Virus record (IMG/VR): IMGVR_UViG_3300015371_000028
Location: 2,932-66,931 of that record
Length of the DNA stretch: 64,000 bases
Reading direction: 5' to 3' (one strand)
Origin: a virus
A program made the translations under genes and the position numbers. Positions 1 through 9,835 of the stretch are shown here, in pieces (within the stretch, counting starts at the first letter, position 1; each line of letters starts with the position of its first letter). Below the pieces are notes generated by a model. The model did no database searches. It was not told the origin of the DNA and worked only from the letters and a program-made list of their open reading frames with translations.

Positions 1-801
1 TATACCGGCAGACCCGGACGGATGCTGCGGCTGTTCTGTGTGGATATGGTGTCGCGCGCACCGCTCGGCGTGGTCGAACTCGGTAGCGATCTCCAAAGTC
101 TTAAACTTCGTGATGATTGGATAGGATGGGATAAACGCGAGAAATATGAGCTTGGCGGTCTCCAACGGGTTGCGAATGTAAGCACGTGTGTGCCTATCCA
201 ACCGTTCGGAATTCTGTGTGGCGGCAAATTTATGTCTGACGCGCTCGTGACCGATGATAAAACCTCGGTTGCGTCAAAATGGCGCGCAAAGTACGGCGAT
301 CCGCTGGCATTGCTGACCATCACCTCGCTGTATGGAAAATCGTCGATGTATAACCGACTTCCGACGCTGGAATATCTGGGCACGACGATGGGTCTGGGCA
401 CCGCGCAACTGACGCAGGATGATTACGTCGCGTTGAAGCGCTATGCGTTACAGATCGGCAGAACCGGACGCACGAAAAACCGCACGTTCTTAACCACGAG
501 CCGCAATGACCTCTTAGATGTGATTTGCAGCGAACTCCATGTGCCGCGCGAACGCATCAGCACGAAAACGCCGAAAGGGGTCTATGTGGCATCCTTATGC
601 GCGAATCCGCGTGCGGTGTTGATGGGTCAGGAAGCGCCGATCCCGATCAACCGGACGCAGCAGGACGCGCAGACGTATTACCGGGAGCGGTGGTACCAGA
701 TGCGACTGGCAAAACCGGAGATTCGCGCGCAATTGGACGCATTTGAGCCGGATAGCTACCGGGTCGATGCGCAAATCGAGTTGTGTGATGAGCGGCGGTG
801 A
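1..801 (+). CDS. DUF4338/DruA-like protein, 5'-truncated by the window edge
   Basis: Frame open from base 1 (YTGRPGRMLRLF). Motifs PGRxLxxxxxD, LRDDWIGW, VPIQPFG..GGK and TITSLYGKSSMYNRL recall DUF4338/DruA-like proteins. Confidence 0.65.
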   Translation, partial: YTGRPGRMLRLFCVDMVSRAPLGVVELGSDLQSLKLRDDWIGWDKREKYELGGLQRVANVSTCVPIQPFGILCGGKFMSDALVTDDKTSVASKWRAKYGDPLALLTITSLYGKSSMYNRLPTLEYLGTTMGLGTAQLTQDDYVALKRYALQIGRTGRTKNRTFLTTSRNDLLDVICSELHVPRERISTKTPKGVYVASLCANPRAVLMGQEAPIPINRTQQDAQTYYRERWYQMRLAKPEIRAQLDAFEPDSYRVDAQIELCDERR

Positions 802-1588
802 TCAGCGACCGATTCTCGCGCAGCGGAATTTTGGCGCACCGCGCGGAGCGTATAACGGTCCTCCCGGCGGTGCGGTCTTGCAAGAACGGGCGGAAGCGAT
901 CATTCGTGCGTCAAAAACGGGTGAAACAAGCGAACTCGCACCATTGAATGATCTGCGGCGCGAAAATATGCTCGTCGAAATCGCGTCGCAGTACCTTCGC
1001 GGCGTGCAGATTGTCCATATTGCACAAAATATCGGTGTGGAGCCGATAGATGTCAACAATGAACTCAATCTCTTGCGGAAACGATGGCGAGAAGCGTCGC
1101 TGGCGGATTTTTCGCAGCGACGGGCGGAAGAAGTCGCGAAAATCGACCATTTAGAATCGGTCTATTGGGATGCGTGGCTCGCGTCGCAGAAAACCGAGGT
1201 TCAGCAGACTCGACACGAAGGGTTTGATGGGAGCGGCAACAAACGACCCGCGCGTCATGTCACCAAGCAAACCAGCACGGTCGGCGATGTGCGCTTTCTG
1301 GATGGCGTCTGGAAGTGCATCGAGCGGCGGATTAAGCTGTTGGGGTTAGATGCGGAACAGAAGCACATCGTCGCGGCGACCGTGACCACGGAGACGAACA
1401 CGCATGACCTCGCGGCTCGCATGGAGCGTTATGCCGGACTCTTCGGTTATTCCATCGTCCCTGTTGGAGATGCGGCACCAACTTCTCCTGACGACGGTGC
1501 TGACGAATCCGTGGATACCGCACGATCCCCACGAGCGACAGGCGGACTTTCTGACGTTATTGACGCCGAGTTTCGAGACCGTTCGTGA
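788..1588 (+). CDS. Putative terminase small subunit / HTH DNA-binding protein
   Basis: Immediately upstream of TerL; HTH-like IAQNIGV segment and ERRIKLLGLDA motif. Start chosen at ATG 788. Confidence 0.6.
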   Translation: MSGGDQRPILAQRNFGAPRGAYNGPPGGAVLQERAEAIIRASKTGETSELAPLNDLRRENMLVEIASQYLRGVQIVHIAQNIGVEPIDVNNELNLLRKRWREASLADFSQRRAEEVAKIDHLESVYWDAWLASQKTEVQQTRHEGFDGSGNKRPARHVTKQTSTVGDVRFLDGVWKCIERRIKLLGLDAEQKHIVAATVTTETNTHDLAARMERYAGLFGYSIVPVGDAAPTSPDDGADESVDTARSPRATGGLSDVIDAEFRDRS

Positions 1589-2798
1589 AGCGCTCTACGG
1601 CGGTGCAGCAGGTGGCGGGAAATCGGAAGCGCTGCTGATGGCGGCAGCGCAATACGCGGAAGTTCCCGGCTATTCCGCGTTGCTGTTGCGCAGAACCTTT
1701 CCCGACCTCGCACAACCCGGCGCATTGCTCGACCGCTCGCATGAGTGGTGGGACCAGACCGAAGCACGCTGGACCGAAGACAGCAAAGCGTGGCGCTTTC
1801 CCTCCGGCGCAATCATCAAGTTCGGCCATCTCGAACATCCGTCCGCGCTGCGCAATTACATGGGTGCGGAATATCAATTCATCGGCTTCGACGAAGCGAC
1901 CCAGTTTCCGTTGGAGATGTATACGTACTTGTTTTCCCGGCTGCGCAAGCAGATCGGTCTGCAAGTCCCGCTCCGCTTCCGCGCGGCGAGCAACCCCGGT
2001 GGCGTCGGTCATGAATGGGTCAAGCAGCGTTTCCTGATCGAAGGCGAAGATCGCGGTCGCGTCTTCGTCGCGGCCAAGGTCAGTGACAATCCGTCAATTG
2101 ACGAAGGCGAATACACCGAGAGCTTGAACGAGCTTGATCCGATTACGCGCGCGCAGTTGTTGGAGGGCAACTGGGATGCGGTCGTGCAAGGCACGTCCTT
2201 CCGCCGCAGTTGGTTCGATCCGGTGCTGGACGAGAAACCGCGCGAGTTTGAGCGGTTGGTTCGCTACTGGGACACCGCGAGCACCGCACCCGCACCCGGC
2301 GTGCGCGCGGACTGGACGGTCGGCGTGTTGATGGGGAGGATGCCGAACAAGCGATTCGTGATTCTCGACATCGTGCGCTTTCAGGGGACCGCGAATGACG
2401 TGCAGGCAATGATCCGCGTGGTGAGCCGGACGGATCGCGTGCAGTATGATGATCGCGTCGAAATTTGTATCGAACAAGAACCCGGTGGTGCGGGTAAAGG
2501 CATGATCGACCAGTATGTGACCAAAATCCTCGCGGATTACTACGTGCGCGGTGTTCGCTCAACCGGCAGCAAGGTGGTGCGCGCTGCACCGCTGTCGGCG
2601 CAATGTCAAGCGCACAATGTCAGCATCGTCAGCGGCACGTACCTCTCCAATTTCTTTAATGAGTTGGAAGCATTTCCCTTCGGCGCACACGACGACCAAG
2701 TTGATGCCGTTGCAGGCGCGTACAACGAGTTAGCGTCCGGCAACGAGCTTCGACCCGCTTCCCGCGTGTTGCAGCGCTTGTTCCGGTACCGGAGTTAG
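1404..2798 (+). CDS. terL: Terminase large subunit
   Basis: Walker A LYGGAAGGGKS, Walker B IGFDEATQF, coupling motif ASNPGG, nuclease motif HDDQVDA. True start may be about 1470. Confidence 0.95.
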   Translation: MTSRLAWSVMPDSSVIPSSLLEMRHQLLLTTVLTNPWIPHDPHERQADFLTLLTPSFETVREALYGGAAGGGKSEALLMAAAQYAEVPGYSALLLRRTFPDLAQPGALLDRSHEWWDQTEARWTEDSKAWRFPSGAIIKFGHLEHPSALRNYMGAEYQFIGFDEATQFPLEMYTYLFSRLRKQIGLQVPLRFRAASNPGGVGHEWVKQRFLIEGEDRGRVFVAAKVSDNPSIDEGEYTESLNELDPITRAQLLEGNWDAVVQGTSFRRSWFDPVLDEKPREFERLVRYWDTASTAPAPGVRADWTVGVLMGRMPNKRFVILDIVRFQGTANDVQAMIRVVSRTDRVQYDDRVEICIEQEPGGAGKGMIDQYVTKILADYYVRGVRSTGSKVVRAAPLSAQCQAHNVSIVSGTYLSNFFNELEAFPFGAHDDQVDAVAGAYNELASGNELRPASRVLQRLFRYRS

Positions 2799-2810
2799 GA
2801 GCGCGTCAAC

Positions 2811-4508
2811 ATGCCGACCTTTACGGGCTGGTTTTCGCGTATCTCGCGCAGATACGCGCCGTGGTTGTTTTTCCGCACCTGGGGCGGCGTCGATCAAACC
2901 CTGACCACCAACGAACTCGATGTCCGGCTCTATCGCTATCAGCGACTCTGGGATTATTACCAGGGAACCGCGTTCGATGACATCGAGGCATGGGCGGAAT
3001 ACCGACGCGCGTTCGGTCTCTACCGGCAAATTCGTCTGGTCTGGGATCACGTGCATGCGTTGGTCGAATTCTACGCGACCCACGTCTGGTCCGGCACCCT
3101 TCCCCTCGACGGCAAGCAACTGCCGGACGGGGTAGTCAACGCGATCCCGCTGGCGGAAGACACCCCCGACGATCTGTCCACCGCAATTGGACAGTTATGG
3201 CAGTGGTGGAACTTCCAAGAGACGATGACGATGCTCGTCCGGTACACCGCAACGCTCGGTGAGTTTCTAGTCGAACTGAGCGACGATGTGGAGCGTGGCA
3301 AACTCAATCTGAACCTGATCTGGCCGGGATACGTCACCTATATCGACCTCGATGAAGCAGGCAACGTCAAACACTACGTCCTCGAATACGAAGCATGGGA
3401 TGAAGACGAGCAGCGGTTCTTCTATTTCCGGCGCGAAGTTGACAAGGAGTCATTCCGCACGTTTCGGAGCGACACGATCATCTCGCCGGAAGCGTTTCGA
3501 CAGGTTGCGAGTACGCCGAACCCGTACGGATTTGTGCCTGCGGTCTGGTTCCGTCACATCCGCATCATCGGCAATCACGGCGAACCTGCGCTCTGGGCAA
3601 CCCAATCCGAACTCGATGAGGTTAATGGCCTTTTCTCGCACATTATTGATAAATCGCACGTCAGTTTGAATGCGCCGATTGTGGTTGCGGGGAATATCGC
3701 GCCGACGGTGTTCCAGCGCTCGCTCGACAACATGGTCGCAGCGGCCAAGAACGTCTTTACCGAAGATGCGGACGAACCGCGTGAAGGCCGACAAGACCTC
3801 AATATCCTCGAAGGACCGGCAGGGACCAGCGTCTCCACGATTCAACTCAACGTCACCGATGCGGCCAAGATTCTCGACCGGATCATCGCGGGGATTGAAC
3901 GCAAGGTGCCGGAAGTGACGTTCTACGAGCAGTTGCGCAGTATGACCCAGTTGACCGGACCAGCGGCCTCGCGCTTGCTCGGTGATGTCGAACACAAGTT
4001 GCGCGCGGTGGCGGGAAATTACGACCGCAGCTTGATCAAGTTGTTGCAAATGGGGGTTGCGATTGGCGGATTCCGTCAACGCGAAGGGCTCGCAGGTTGG
4101 TCCGCGCACAATGATCAGCAGGTCAAGTTTGCGCCGTTCACCATCGAGAGCTATCTCGCAGGCGACCTCAATTTTGACATCATGCCGCGCGAGTTGGTCC
4201 CTATGACGCCGCGCGAGCGGTACGAATTGCTGCAACTGAAGAAACTCGTCTTACCCGACCTGCCCGAAGAGCAACTGGCGAAGGAAGGCGGCTATTCGGA
4301 AGAGGCAATCCGCGCGTTCAATATGCCGACCGCAGCGGAGCAGGCGGAATTGCGCGATCTGAAGAACCAGATGTTTACCGAAGGTGGACCCGGTGGACCG
4401 GGCGCGCCCGCACAGCGGTCCGGTGCGCCTGCTGGTGGACCGCAAGGCGGCAATGCGCCGAACCCGAACGGCAAAGAGAGCAGCCCGTTAGCGAGTCAAC
4501 GGCCATGA
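2811..4508 (+). CDS. Portal protein
   Basis: 565 aa directly after TerL; LWDYYQG and NPYGFVPAVWF motifs of SPP1-like portals; AGGAG RBS. Confidence 0.85.
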   Translation: MPTFTGWFSRISRRYAPWLFFRTWGGVDQTLTTNELDVRLYRYQRLWDYYQGTAFDDIEAWAEYRRAFGLYRQIRLVWDHVHALVEFYATHVWSGTLPLDGKQLPDGVVNAIPLAEDTPDDLSTAIGQLWQWWNFQETMTMLVRYTATLGEFLVELSDDVERGKLNLNLIWPGYVTYIDLDEAGNVKHYVLEYEAWDEDEQRFFYFRREVDKESFRTFRSDTIISPEAFRQVASTPNPYGFVPAVWFRHIRIIGNHGEPALWATQSELDEVNGLFSHIIDKSHVSLNAPIVVAGNIAPTVFQRSLDNMVAAAKNVFTEDADEPREGRQDLNILEGPAGTSVSTIQLNVTDAAKILDRIIAGIERKVPEVTFYEQLRSMTQLTGPAASRLLGDVEHKLRAVAGNYDRSLIKLLQMGVAIGGFRQREGLAGWSAHNDQQVKFAPFTIESYLAGDLNFDIMPRELVPMTPRERYELLQLKKLVLPDLPEEQLAKEGGYSEEAIRAFNMPTAAEQAELRDLKNQMFTEGGPGGPGAPAQRSGAPAGGPQGGNAPNPNGKESSPLASQRP

Positions 4509-4846
4509 GTGTCCAGGCGTTCAAAATGCTCGCTGCGGAAGTCGGGGAGCAGACCAAGCAGATTCAACGCCTGACGGATGTGGTCGCGTCGATGCTGGAA
4601 ACGATTAACGATTTACTCGACGCGGAACAGCACTGGCTCGAAGAAGAGCAGCGGAAGAAAGTCGTCCCGGTGACGATGGCGACCGATTGGGGCACCATCG
4701 TCCGTTATGAAGTGCATGAAGATACGTGGTTTGTGTTGCATCTCGACCATGACGGCATGGTTTTGAGACGATTCTTCCAAGATGCGGATGGGCGTCGGAG
4801 GGAAGCGACGGAGCGTGATGGCGTCAGCTACGAGCCTCGCGGTTGA
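4505..4846 (+). CDS. Hypothetical protein
   Basis: ATGA overlap with the portal stop codon. Confidence 0.6.
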   Translation: MSVQAFKMLAAEVGEQTKQIQRLTDVVASMLETINDLLDAEQHWLEEEQRKKVVPVTMATDWGTIVRYEVHEDTWFVLHLDHDGMVLRRFFQDADGRRREATERDGVSYEPRG

Positions 4847-5234
4847 ATCACGCATTTCTGCGTACTTAGCGGTCCTGCCGATCCTGCGGTATTACACCGA
4901 TTTGGTCGGCAAAGATGACGCGGTGTATGAAGTCGTGGCGGACGCCATCCACGCGGTCCGACACGAGCACGACCCCAGTGACAAACTCGCGGCAGCGTTT
5001 CATTGTTTCTCCGAGCGTCGTGATGTGTTACAACGCGTGGTGCATGCGACCGGGACGGGCACGCCGAGCATGAATCCAGCACGGACGCCGCTGGAACGCG
5101 CATTACTCGCGTGTGACGCCGGGTTATGTGCGTCCTTCAATGAGTCGCTGTTCTCGTTGCCGGTCGTGCTCATCCGCGTCGATCTGTTACGCGAGTCGGA
5201 GGACGGTCGTGGAGCCGAACGAGATTCCGTTTGA
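4818..5234 (+). CDS. Hypothetical protein
   Basis: Fills the operon gap; start uncertain (track ORF begins at 4782). Confidence 0.5.
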   Translation: MASATSLAVESRISAYLAVLPILRYYTDLVGKDDAVYEVVADAIHAVRHEHDPSDKLAAAFHCFSERRDVLQRVVHATGTGTPSMNPARTPLERALLACDAGLCASFNESLFSLPVVLIRVDLLRESEDGRGAERDSV

Positions 5235-5463
5235 AGAATGGCTCTGCTCTAGTTGCCGCACGCTGCTGTTGCGGATCGTCCCGGCACCCGGCGTCCACAT
5301 CTCGATTCGCTGTCGTCGTTGTGGCGCAATCATCGAACGCAAAGTCGAAGCGATCAAGAAAAACGGCGTCGAAGAAACCACGAACGAAAAAGTGGTCCAT
5401 CTCTTTCACCGGCTCGACGACAAACTCGATACCGTCCTCGCGCAGATTCACGACGGGGCTTGA
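5209..5463 (+). CDS. Mu Com-like zinc-finger protein
   Basis: GTG start after GGAGG; CSSCRTLLLR..ISIRCRRCG fits the Com CxxC..LL..I.C.RC pattern. Confidence 0.7.
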   Translation: MEPNEIPFEEWLCSSCRTLLLRIVPAPGVHISIRCRRCGAIIERKVEAIKKNGVEETTNEKVVHLFHRLDDKLDTVLAQIHDGA

Positions 5464-5488
5464 CGCTACCGGCGAACGACTGTACGAT
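5460..5488 (+). promoter_or_regulatory. Sigma70-like promoter for the head operon
   Basis: TTGACG-17 nt-TACGAT. Confidence 0.55.
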
Positions 5489-5516
5489 CACTCCGTCACG
5501 CACTCTGCGGACTGTA

Positions 5517-5561
5517 CAGGCCCAGGATAGGCCCAGCGCCTTGCCCTGGGTCTGTTTTTTT
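5517..5561 (+). terminator. Intrinsic terminator / attenuator-like hairpin
   Basis: CAGGCCCAGG pairs with CCTGGGTCTG (one G-U) and is followed by T7. Confidence 0.6.
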
Positions 5562-5593
5562 GGGTCCGGGCAGGGGTGTGGAAAGGATGTTCG

Positions 5594-6286
5594 ATGCTGC
5601 GCGATCCGTTCGGCAATTTACGGGTTGGTTCGTTGTGTTTTCAACAAGAGCAACATGGTGGCGGGGGTCAAGAGCAGCAGCAACAACAGGAAAGCCAGCA
5701 ACAAGAGCAGCAGCAACAGAACGAGAGCGAGCAGCAGCAACTCCAACAGGGGGCTGAATCGTCCTCTGAGCAAAAAGACGAGAAACCCAAGTCTCAAGCC
5801 AAGGTCTATTCCGAACGCGAATTCCGCAACGCGGTTGGTCGAGAGCTTTCGACCAAGGAAGCGGAACTCCGGGCAGCAATCCGCGCTGAAATCGAGACGG
5901 AGCAAGAGCTTGCGGCAGCCAAAAGCTCGGGCGAACTCTCGAAAGTGATTGAGGCTCAGGAGAAGAAGTTACGCGAATTAGAACCGTATCGCACCGAAGT
6001 CGAAGAATTCCGCCGTCTCGCGGAATCGCGCTACCAAGCCGCCTTCGATGGGTTGCCGGAATCAATCAAGGTCTTCGCTCCCGAAGAGAACGCATCGGCG
6101 TTAGAAAAGGAACGGTGGCTTATTGAAAAGGCACTCCCCGCAGCTTCCAAGCTGGGGGCGAGCGATCCCGTCAAGGGATTAAACGGCGAACGGGATGACC
6201 CGCCGAAAAAGAAGAAGTCGCGGGATGACGAACTGTTGTCGATTCGCGACGGTCTCTTAACGACGGGCGACTACCGACCAATGTAG
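5594..6286 (+). CDS. Capsid scaffolding protein
   Basis: Q/E-rich N-terminus and coiled coil; lies before the decoration and capsid genes; GAAAGGA RBS. Confidence 0.75.
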   Translation: MLRDPFGNLRVGSLCFQQEQHGGGGQEQQQQQESQQQEQQQQNESEQQQLQQGAESSSEQKDEKPKSQAKVYSEREFRNAVGRELSTKEAELRAAIRAEIETEQELAAAKSSGELSKVIEAQEKKLRELEPYRTEVEEFRRLAESRYQAAFDGLPESIKVFAPEENASALEKERWLIEKALPAASKLGASDPVKGLNGERDDPPKKKKSRDDELLSIRDGLLTTGDYRPM

Positions 6287-6296
6287 GAGTAGCGTT

Positions 6297-6716
6297 ATGG
6301 CGGAAGTGACCAAGGGGAATACCAAGCCGTCGCTTTCGACCCCGTATCCATCGAAGGAGCATATGGTCACGGGGTTGGTCGCAGGCGAAACCATCGCGCA
6401 GGGCGATGCGTGTTATGTCAATTCTTCAGGAAAAGCGATGAAAGCAACCGGCGCAGCGGCCAACGCCGCCGCGAAGGTGCTCGGATTCGCGGCCATGGAT
6501 GCGGTGTTGGATGACGCGGTGACACTCATGCGCGGGATCAACATCGGTTATCAACCGCTGGTCGGTGGTTCGCCGGTTGCACCGGGCACTGACTTGTTCT
6601 TGTCGGGAACGGTTGCTGGTGGATTGGCAGACGCCGCATCCACAGGCGGCACCGTTCGCATCGCTGTCGTGCTGGATACTGACGGGCGCATTCTCGCGCT
6701 TGGCAACTACAGTTAG
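6297..6716 (+). CDS. Head decoration / capsid cement protein
   Basis: AGETIAQGDACY and FLSGTVAGGL motifs; between scaffold and capsid. Confidence 0.7.
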   Translation: MAEVTKGNTKPSLSTPYPSKEHMVTGLVAGETIAQGDACYVNSSGKAMKATGAAANAAAKVLGFAAMDAVLDDAVTLMRGINIGYQPLVGGSPVAPGTDLFLSGTVAGGLADAASTGGTVRIAVVLDTDGRILALGNYS

Positions 6717-6729
6717 AGGAGATTGAACG

Positions 6730-7827
6730 ATGCCTCGTAACTACGGCACGCTCCAAATCCTCGACGAGTTGTCCACGATTGACGCGGGCAATGTGTTCAA
6801 CTACGGCGAGGATCGACTCTACGCGCACCTCAACGATTTGCTGACGGTGCATAACGCGATGACGCAGGACATCTTCGGCCTGCTCGTCGGCAACACCACC
6901 GATAACATTCGACGCTTCGGCGCACAAACCGTCTCCGGTGATATGGTCGAGGTCGATGAGTTCGGCGCGGCGGACGTGCAGAAGTCCCGCGTCACCGGCT
7001 ACGACATCGGCTTCCCGCTGCGGGATTATCAGTACGCGATTGGCTGGACCCGGAAGTACTTTGAAACCAAGTCACCGGCAGACATCGCGAAGGAATTCGT
7101 CGCCGCGAAAACCGCTGACATCGTGAACCTGAAACGGCAAGCATTGCGCGCGCTCTATCGCGCGACGAACTACAACTTCATCGACCGTCTGGTCAACAGC
7201 CAAACCCTGCCGGTCAAGGCGCTGCAAAACGCGGACGGCTCGCAGATTCCGCTCGATCCCTTCGGTCAATCCTTTAACGGCGCGACTCATACCCATCTCG
7301 TCGGCTATGCAGCGGCCTCCGTGGTCGCAGCGGACATCGTGGCGCTGATCCGCAACGTCATCGAACACGGCGTCAATGGTGGTGTCGTCCGGCTCTATAT
7401 CAACCGCGCGCAAGAAGCAACGATTCGCGGTTTCACCAGCAACTTCGATCCGCTGCAAGCGCCGCTCTTACGACCAGGCGGCGGTTCAACCGCAGACGTT
7501 GTGCTGGCTCCCAATGATCAGCCGTACATGATTGATGATCGTCTGATCGGTATCTGGGACGGCTTCGTTGAAGTCTGGGTGAAACCGTGGGTTCCCGCGA
7601 ACTACTACACCGCCGTTCTGGTCGGTGGCACCAACGACAACGTGGTCGAAATGCGCCGACGCAACATCGCCGGATACGGCAGCTACCGCATGGTCGCGGA
7701 ACATGAACATTTCCCCCTGCGGGCACAGCACTTCGAGCGCGAGTTCGGAATGGGCGTGTGGAACCGTTTGGGCGCAGCTATTCTCTACGGTGGCGGCACG
7801 ACCTATGTCGCACCGACGATTCCATAG
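6730..7827 (+). CDS. Major capsid protein
   Basis: 365 aa, expected position, strong RBS, C-terminal FGMGVWNR..YVAPTI. Confidence 0.85.
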   Translation: MPRNYGTLQILDELSTIDAGNVFNYGEDRLYAHLNDLLTVHNAMTQDIFGLLVGNTTDNIRRFGAQTVSGDMVEVDEFGAADVQKSRVTGYDIGFPLRDYQYAIGWTRKYFETKSPADIAKEFVAAKTADIVNLKRQALRALYRATNYNFIDRLVNSQTLPVKALQNADGSQIPLDPFGQSFNGATHTHLVGYAAASVVAADIVALIRNVIEHGVNGGVVRLYINRAQEATIRGFTSNFDPLQAPLLRPGGGSTADVVLAPNDQPYMIDDRLIGIWDGFVEVWVKPWVPANYYTAVLVGGTNDNVVEMRRRNIAGYGSYRMVAEHEHFPLRAQHFEREFGMGVWNRLGAAILYGGGTTYVAPTIP

Positions 7828-7950
7828 CGCGATTCATCAGGTCTCACCGTCAGCGCCGGTTTGATCGACTGAATTGTGTGTTGACCGGGGACGCAGGTCG
7901 GGAGCAACGTCCCCGGCGCAGCACACAGCATATGCAAGGAGCCTTCCACA

Positions 7951-8232
7951 ATGGGCCGCACATCGGAACAACGTCCGAATCAGCAGAGCACGTCACGCGA
8001 AGAAGTGCGCGCGTCGGAGCAGCCGCTCGATCAGCGCGAGATTCAGCAAGTCGCGATGATGCCGCCGCACGAGTACAAAGGGATCATGCAAGCGAAAGTC
8101 GCGGCAGAAGCGGACAAGATCACGACCAACGAAATCGAAGAAGGCGGCAAGTTTGAAGTCGATGGTGTCATGGTCGATGCCAATGGTCAGCCGCTTGACA
8201 AGAAGAAAGACGACGAGAAGAAAGCGGAATGA
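7951..8232 (+). CDS. Hypothetical virion-associated protein
   Basis: AAGGAG RBS; follows the capsid gene. Confidence 0.6.
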   Translation: MGRTSEQRPNQQSTSREEVRASEQPLDQREIQQVAMMPPHEYKGIMQAKVAAEADKITTNEIEEGGKFEVDGVMVDANGQPLDKKKDDEKKAE

Positions 8233-8678
8233 ACCGGCAAGACGCGCTCGCCTATCTCAACCCACGCTTCGACCACCTGATGCTGGCGGTGTCGCGCACG
8301 GTGGACGACAGTCCGTCCGGCTACGAACCGTCACTCGATGCGTCGTTTGCGCGCTATATCGCCACCGAAGGCTTACCCTCGACGGTGATGGATACGGTGG
8401 TGCCGAACGAAGATTTACCGGGATTTACCACGCTCTTGCACGCAACAACGTACGATCTCTTGCTGCCGATTTACGCGGTGCAAGTGGACATCTCGGTTGA
8501 TGCGCCGTTGACCAATGTCAAGTTCTCGCAAACCTATCGGGCGCTGAAAGACCTGCGCGATCAAGCGTGGGCCGATGCAGCAGCGTTCGGCTATATCTCA
8601 GACGTAAACGCGGATGGTTTCGTCCTGACGTTGACCCATAACGAGCCGAGCGGAGCCGCCTGGCGCGAGTTCGGATAA
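8229..8678 (+). CDS. Putative head-tail adaptor
   Basis: Position and size; ATGA overlap. Confidence 0.5.
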   Translation: MNRQDALAYLNPRFDHLMLAVSRTVDDSPSGYEPSLDASFARYIATEGLPSTVMDTVVPNEDLPGFTTLLHATTYDLLLPIYAVQVDISVDAPLTNVKFSQTYRALKDLRDQAWADAAAFGYISDVNADGFVLTLTHNEPSGAAWREFG

Positions 8679-8684
8679 TCCCAC

Positions 8685-9320
8685 ATGGTACTGGCGTATG
8701 TGCCGCGTCTGCGACAGATACAAAACAGTCTCATGACCGACACCGTGACCACCTTCCGGCACGGGGTGCTCGTCGCATCTGATGTGCCGTGCCGGGTCAC
8801 GGTCTCGCGGTTGTTTGCGGAATCCGCCGATCCCAGCGACGCGAACATGCGTTCGATGAGTGAGTGGGGGTTCACGATGCCGTGGGATGCGGATGTCGCG
8901 ATAGGCGATCAACTCATCTGCGGGCAAATCGACGCGGTGGCGGGTGAGGTCTTGCATGAAGACACGTGGAAAACCGCGATCCGCGTTTGGGCCGCGCGAC
9001 CAAAACTCGCCACCCCGCAAGTCACGGTTACGTTCTATCGTCCCAACAACATCGACAACGACATGCAGACTGTTGGCACCTTCAACGTTCAGATCGTGTT
9101 TGACCGCAATAAACCGGCTGAATCACCGCTGCGCTACGTTCCTGGCGGACGGTCAATGTGGAAAAGTGGCTGGTTTGTGGGCGAGATGGACCTGGCGGTG
9201 GTACGGGTTGAAGATCGCTTCGTTTTTGAAGGTATGGCTGGTGTGATCTACGAAATCTTACCGATCCAGCCGCAACATTTGGAACTGCGCTTCATGCTCG
9301 ACGAAGGCGGTGCGCGCTAA
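8685..9320 (+). CDS. Putative head-closure protein
   Basis: Position; DVPCR and DVAIGDQL beta-rich motifs. Confidence 0.5.
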   Translation: MVLAYVPRLRQIQNSLMTDTVTTFRHGVLVASDVPCRVTVSRLFAESADPSDANMRSMSEWGFTMPWDADVAIGDQLICGQIDAVAGEVLHEDTWKTAIRVWAARPKLATPQVTVTFYRPNNIDNDMQTVGTFNVQIVFDRNKPAESPLRYVPGGRSMWKSGWFVGEMDLAVVRVEDRFVFEGMAGVIYEILPIQPQHLELRFMLDEGGAR

Positions 9321-9835
9321 TGCCTTCGGCTCCGCGACGCGGTGCTATCGGCGGCGCGACCGGTGGCGGTCGCACGGTCAGTATTCGCTGGGACACGCAC
9401 GAACTCAACGGCGCGACGATCATGAAGTACGACCTCGCGACGATCAATCGCTGCAAGCTGCGGATGAAAGAACTGGCGCGGGAGATGAAGTCCGAAGCGC
9501 AGAAGAACCCGCCGTGGACTTCCCATAAGGAACGTCACCCCTCACGCGCCTGGCCGAACCCGCGCACAGCGGCAGAACTGCTCTTTGCGTACGTCCGGGG
9601 GACGCGCGTCATTACCCTGACCTTTACCCACAGTCCCGGCACCATCTGGGTGCGCAAGCGCGACGGCGCGTCGTTCAACTACGGGATTCGCCTCGAAACC
9701 TGGCACGGTGGTCGGTTCGCGGTGATTCAACCAACGATTCGCAAATATGCGCCGTTGATGAGCCGGGTCATGTCGCATACGTTCAACAATGTTCAGGGTC
9801 CGGTTCCTGATGACGCAGGCGTGTTGATGATATGA
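9320..9835 (+). CDS. Neck protein (HK97 gp10-like)
   Basis: AQKNPPWT, YGIRLE and GRFAVIQPT motifs; position. Confidence 0.6.
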   Translation: MPSAPRRGAIGGATGGGRTVSIRWDTHELNGATIMKYDLATINRCKLRMKELAREMKSEAQKNPPWTSHKERHPSRAWPNPRTAAELLFAYVRGTRVITLTFTHSPGTIWVRKRDGASFNYGIRLETWHGGRFAVIQPTIRKYAPLMSRVMSHTFNNVQGPVPDDAGVLMI

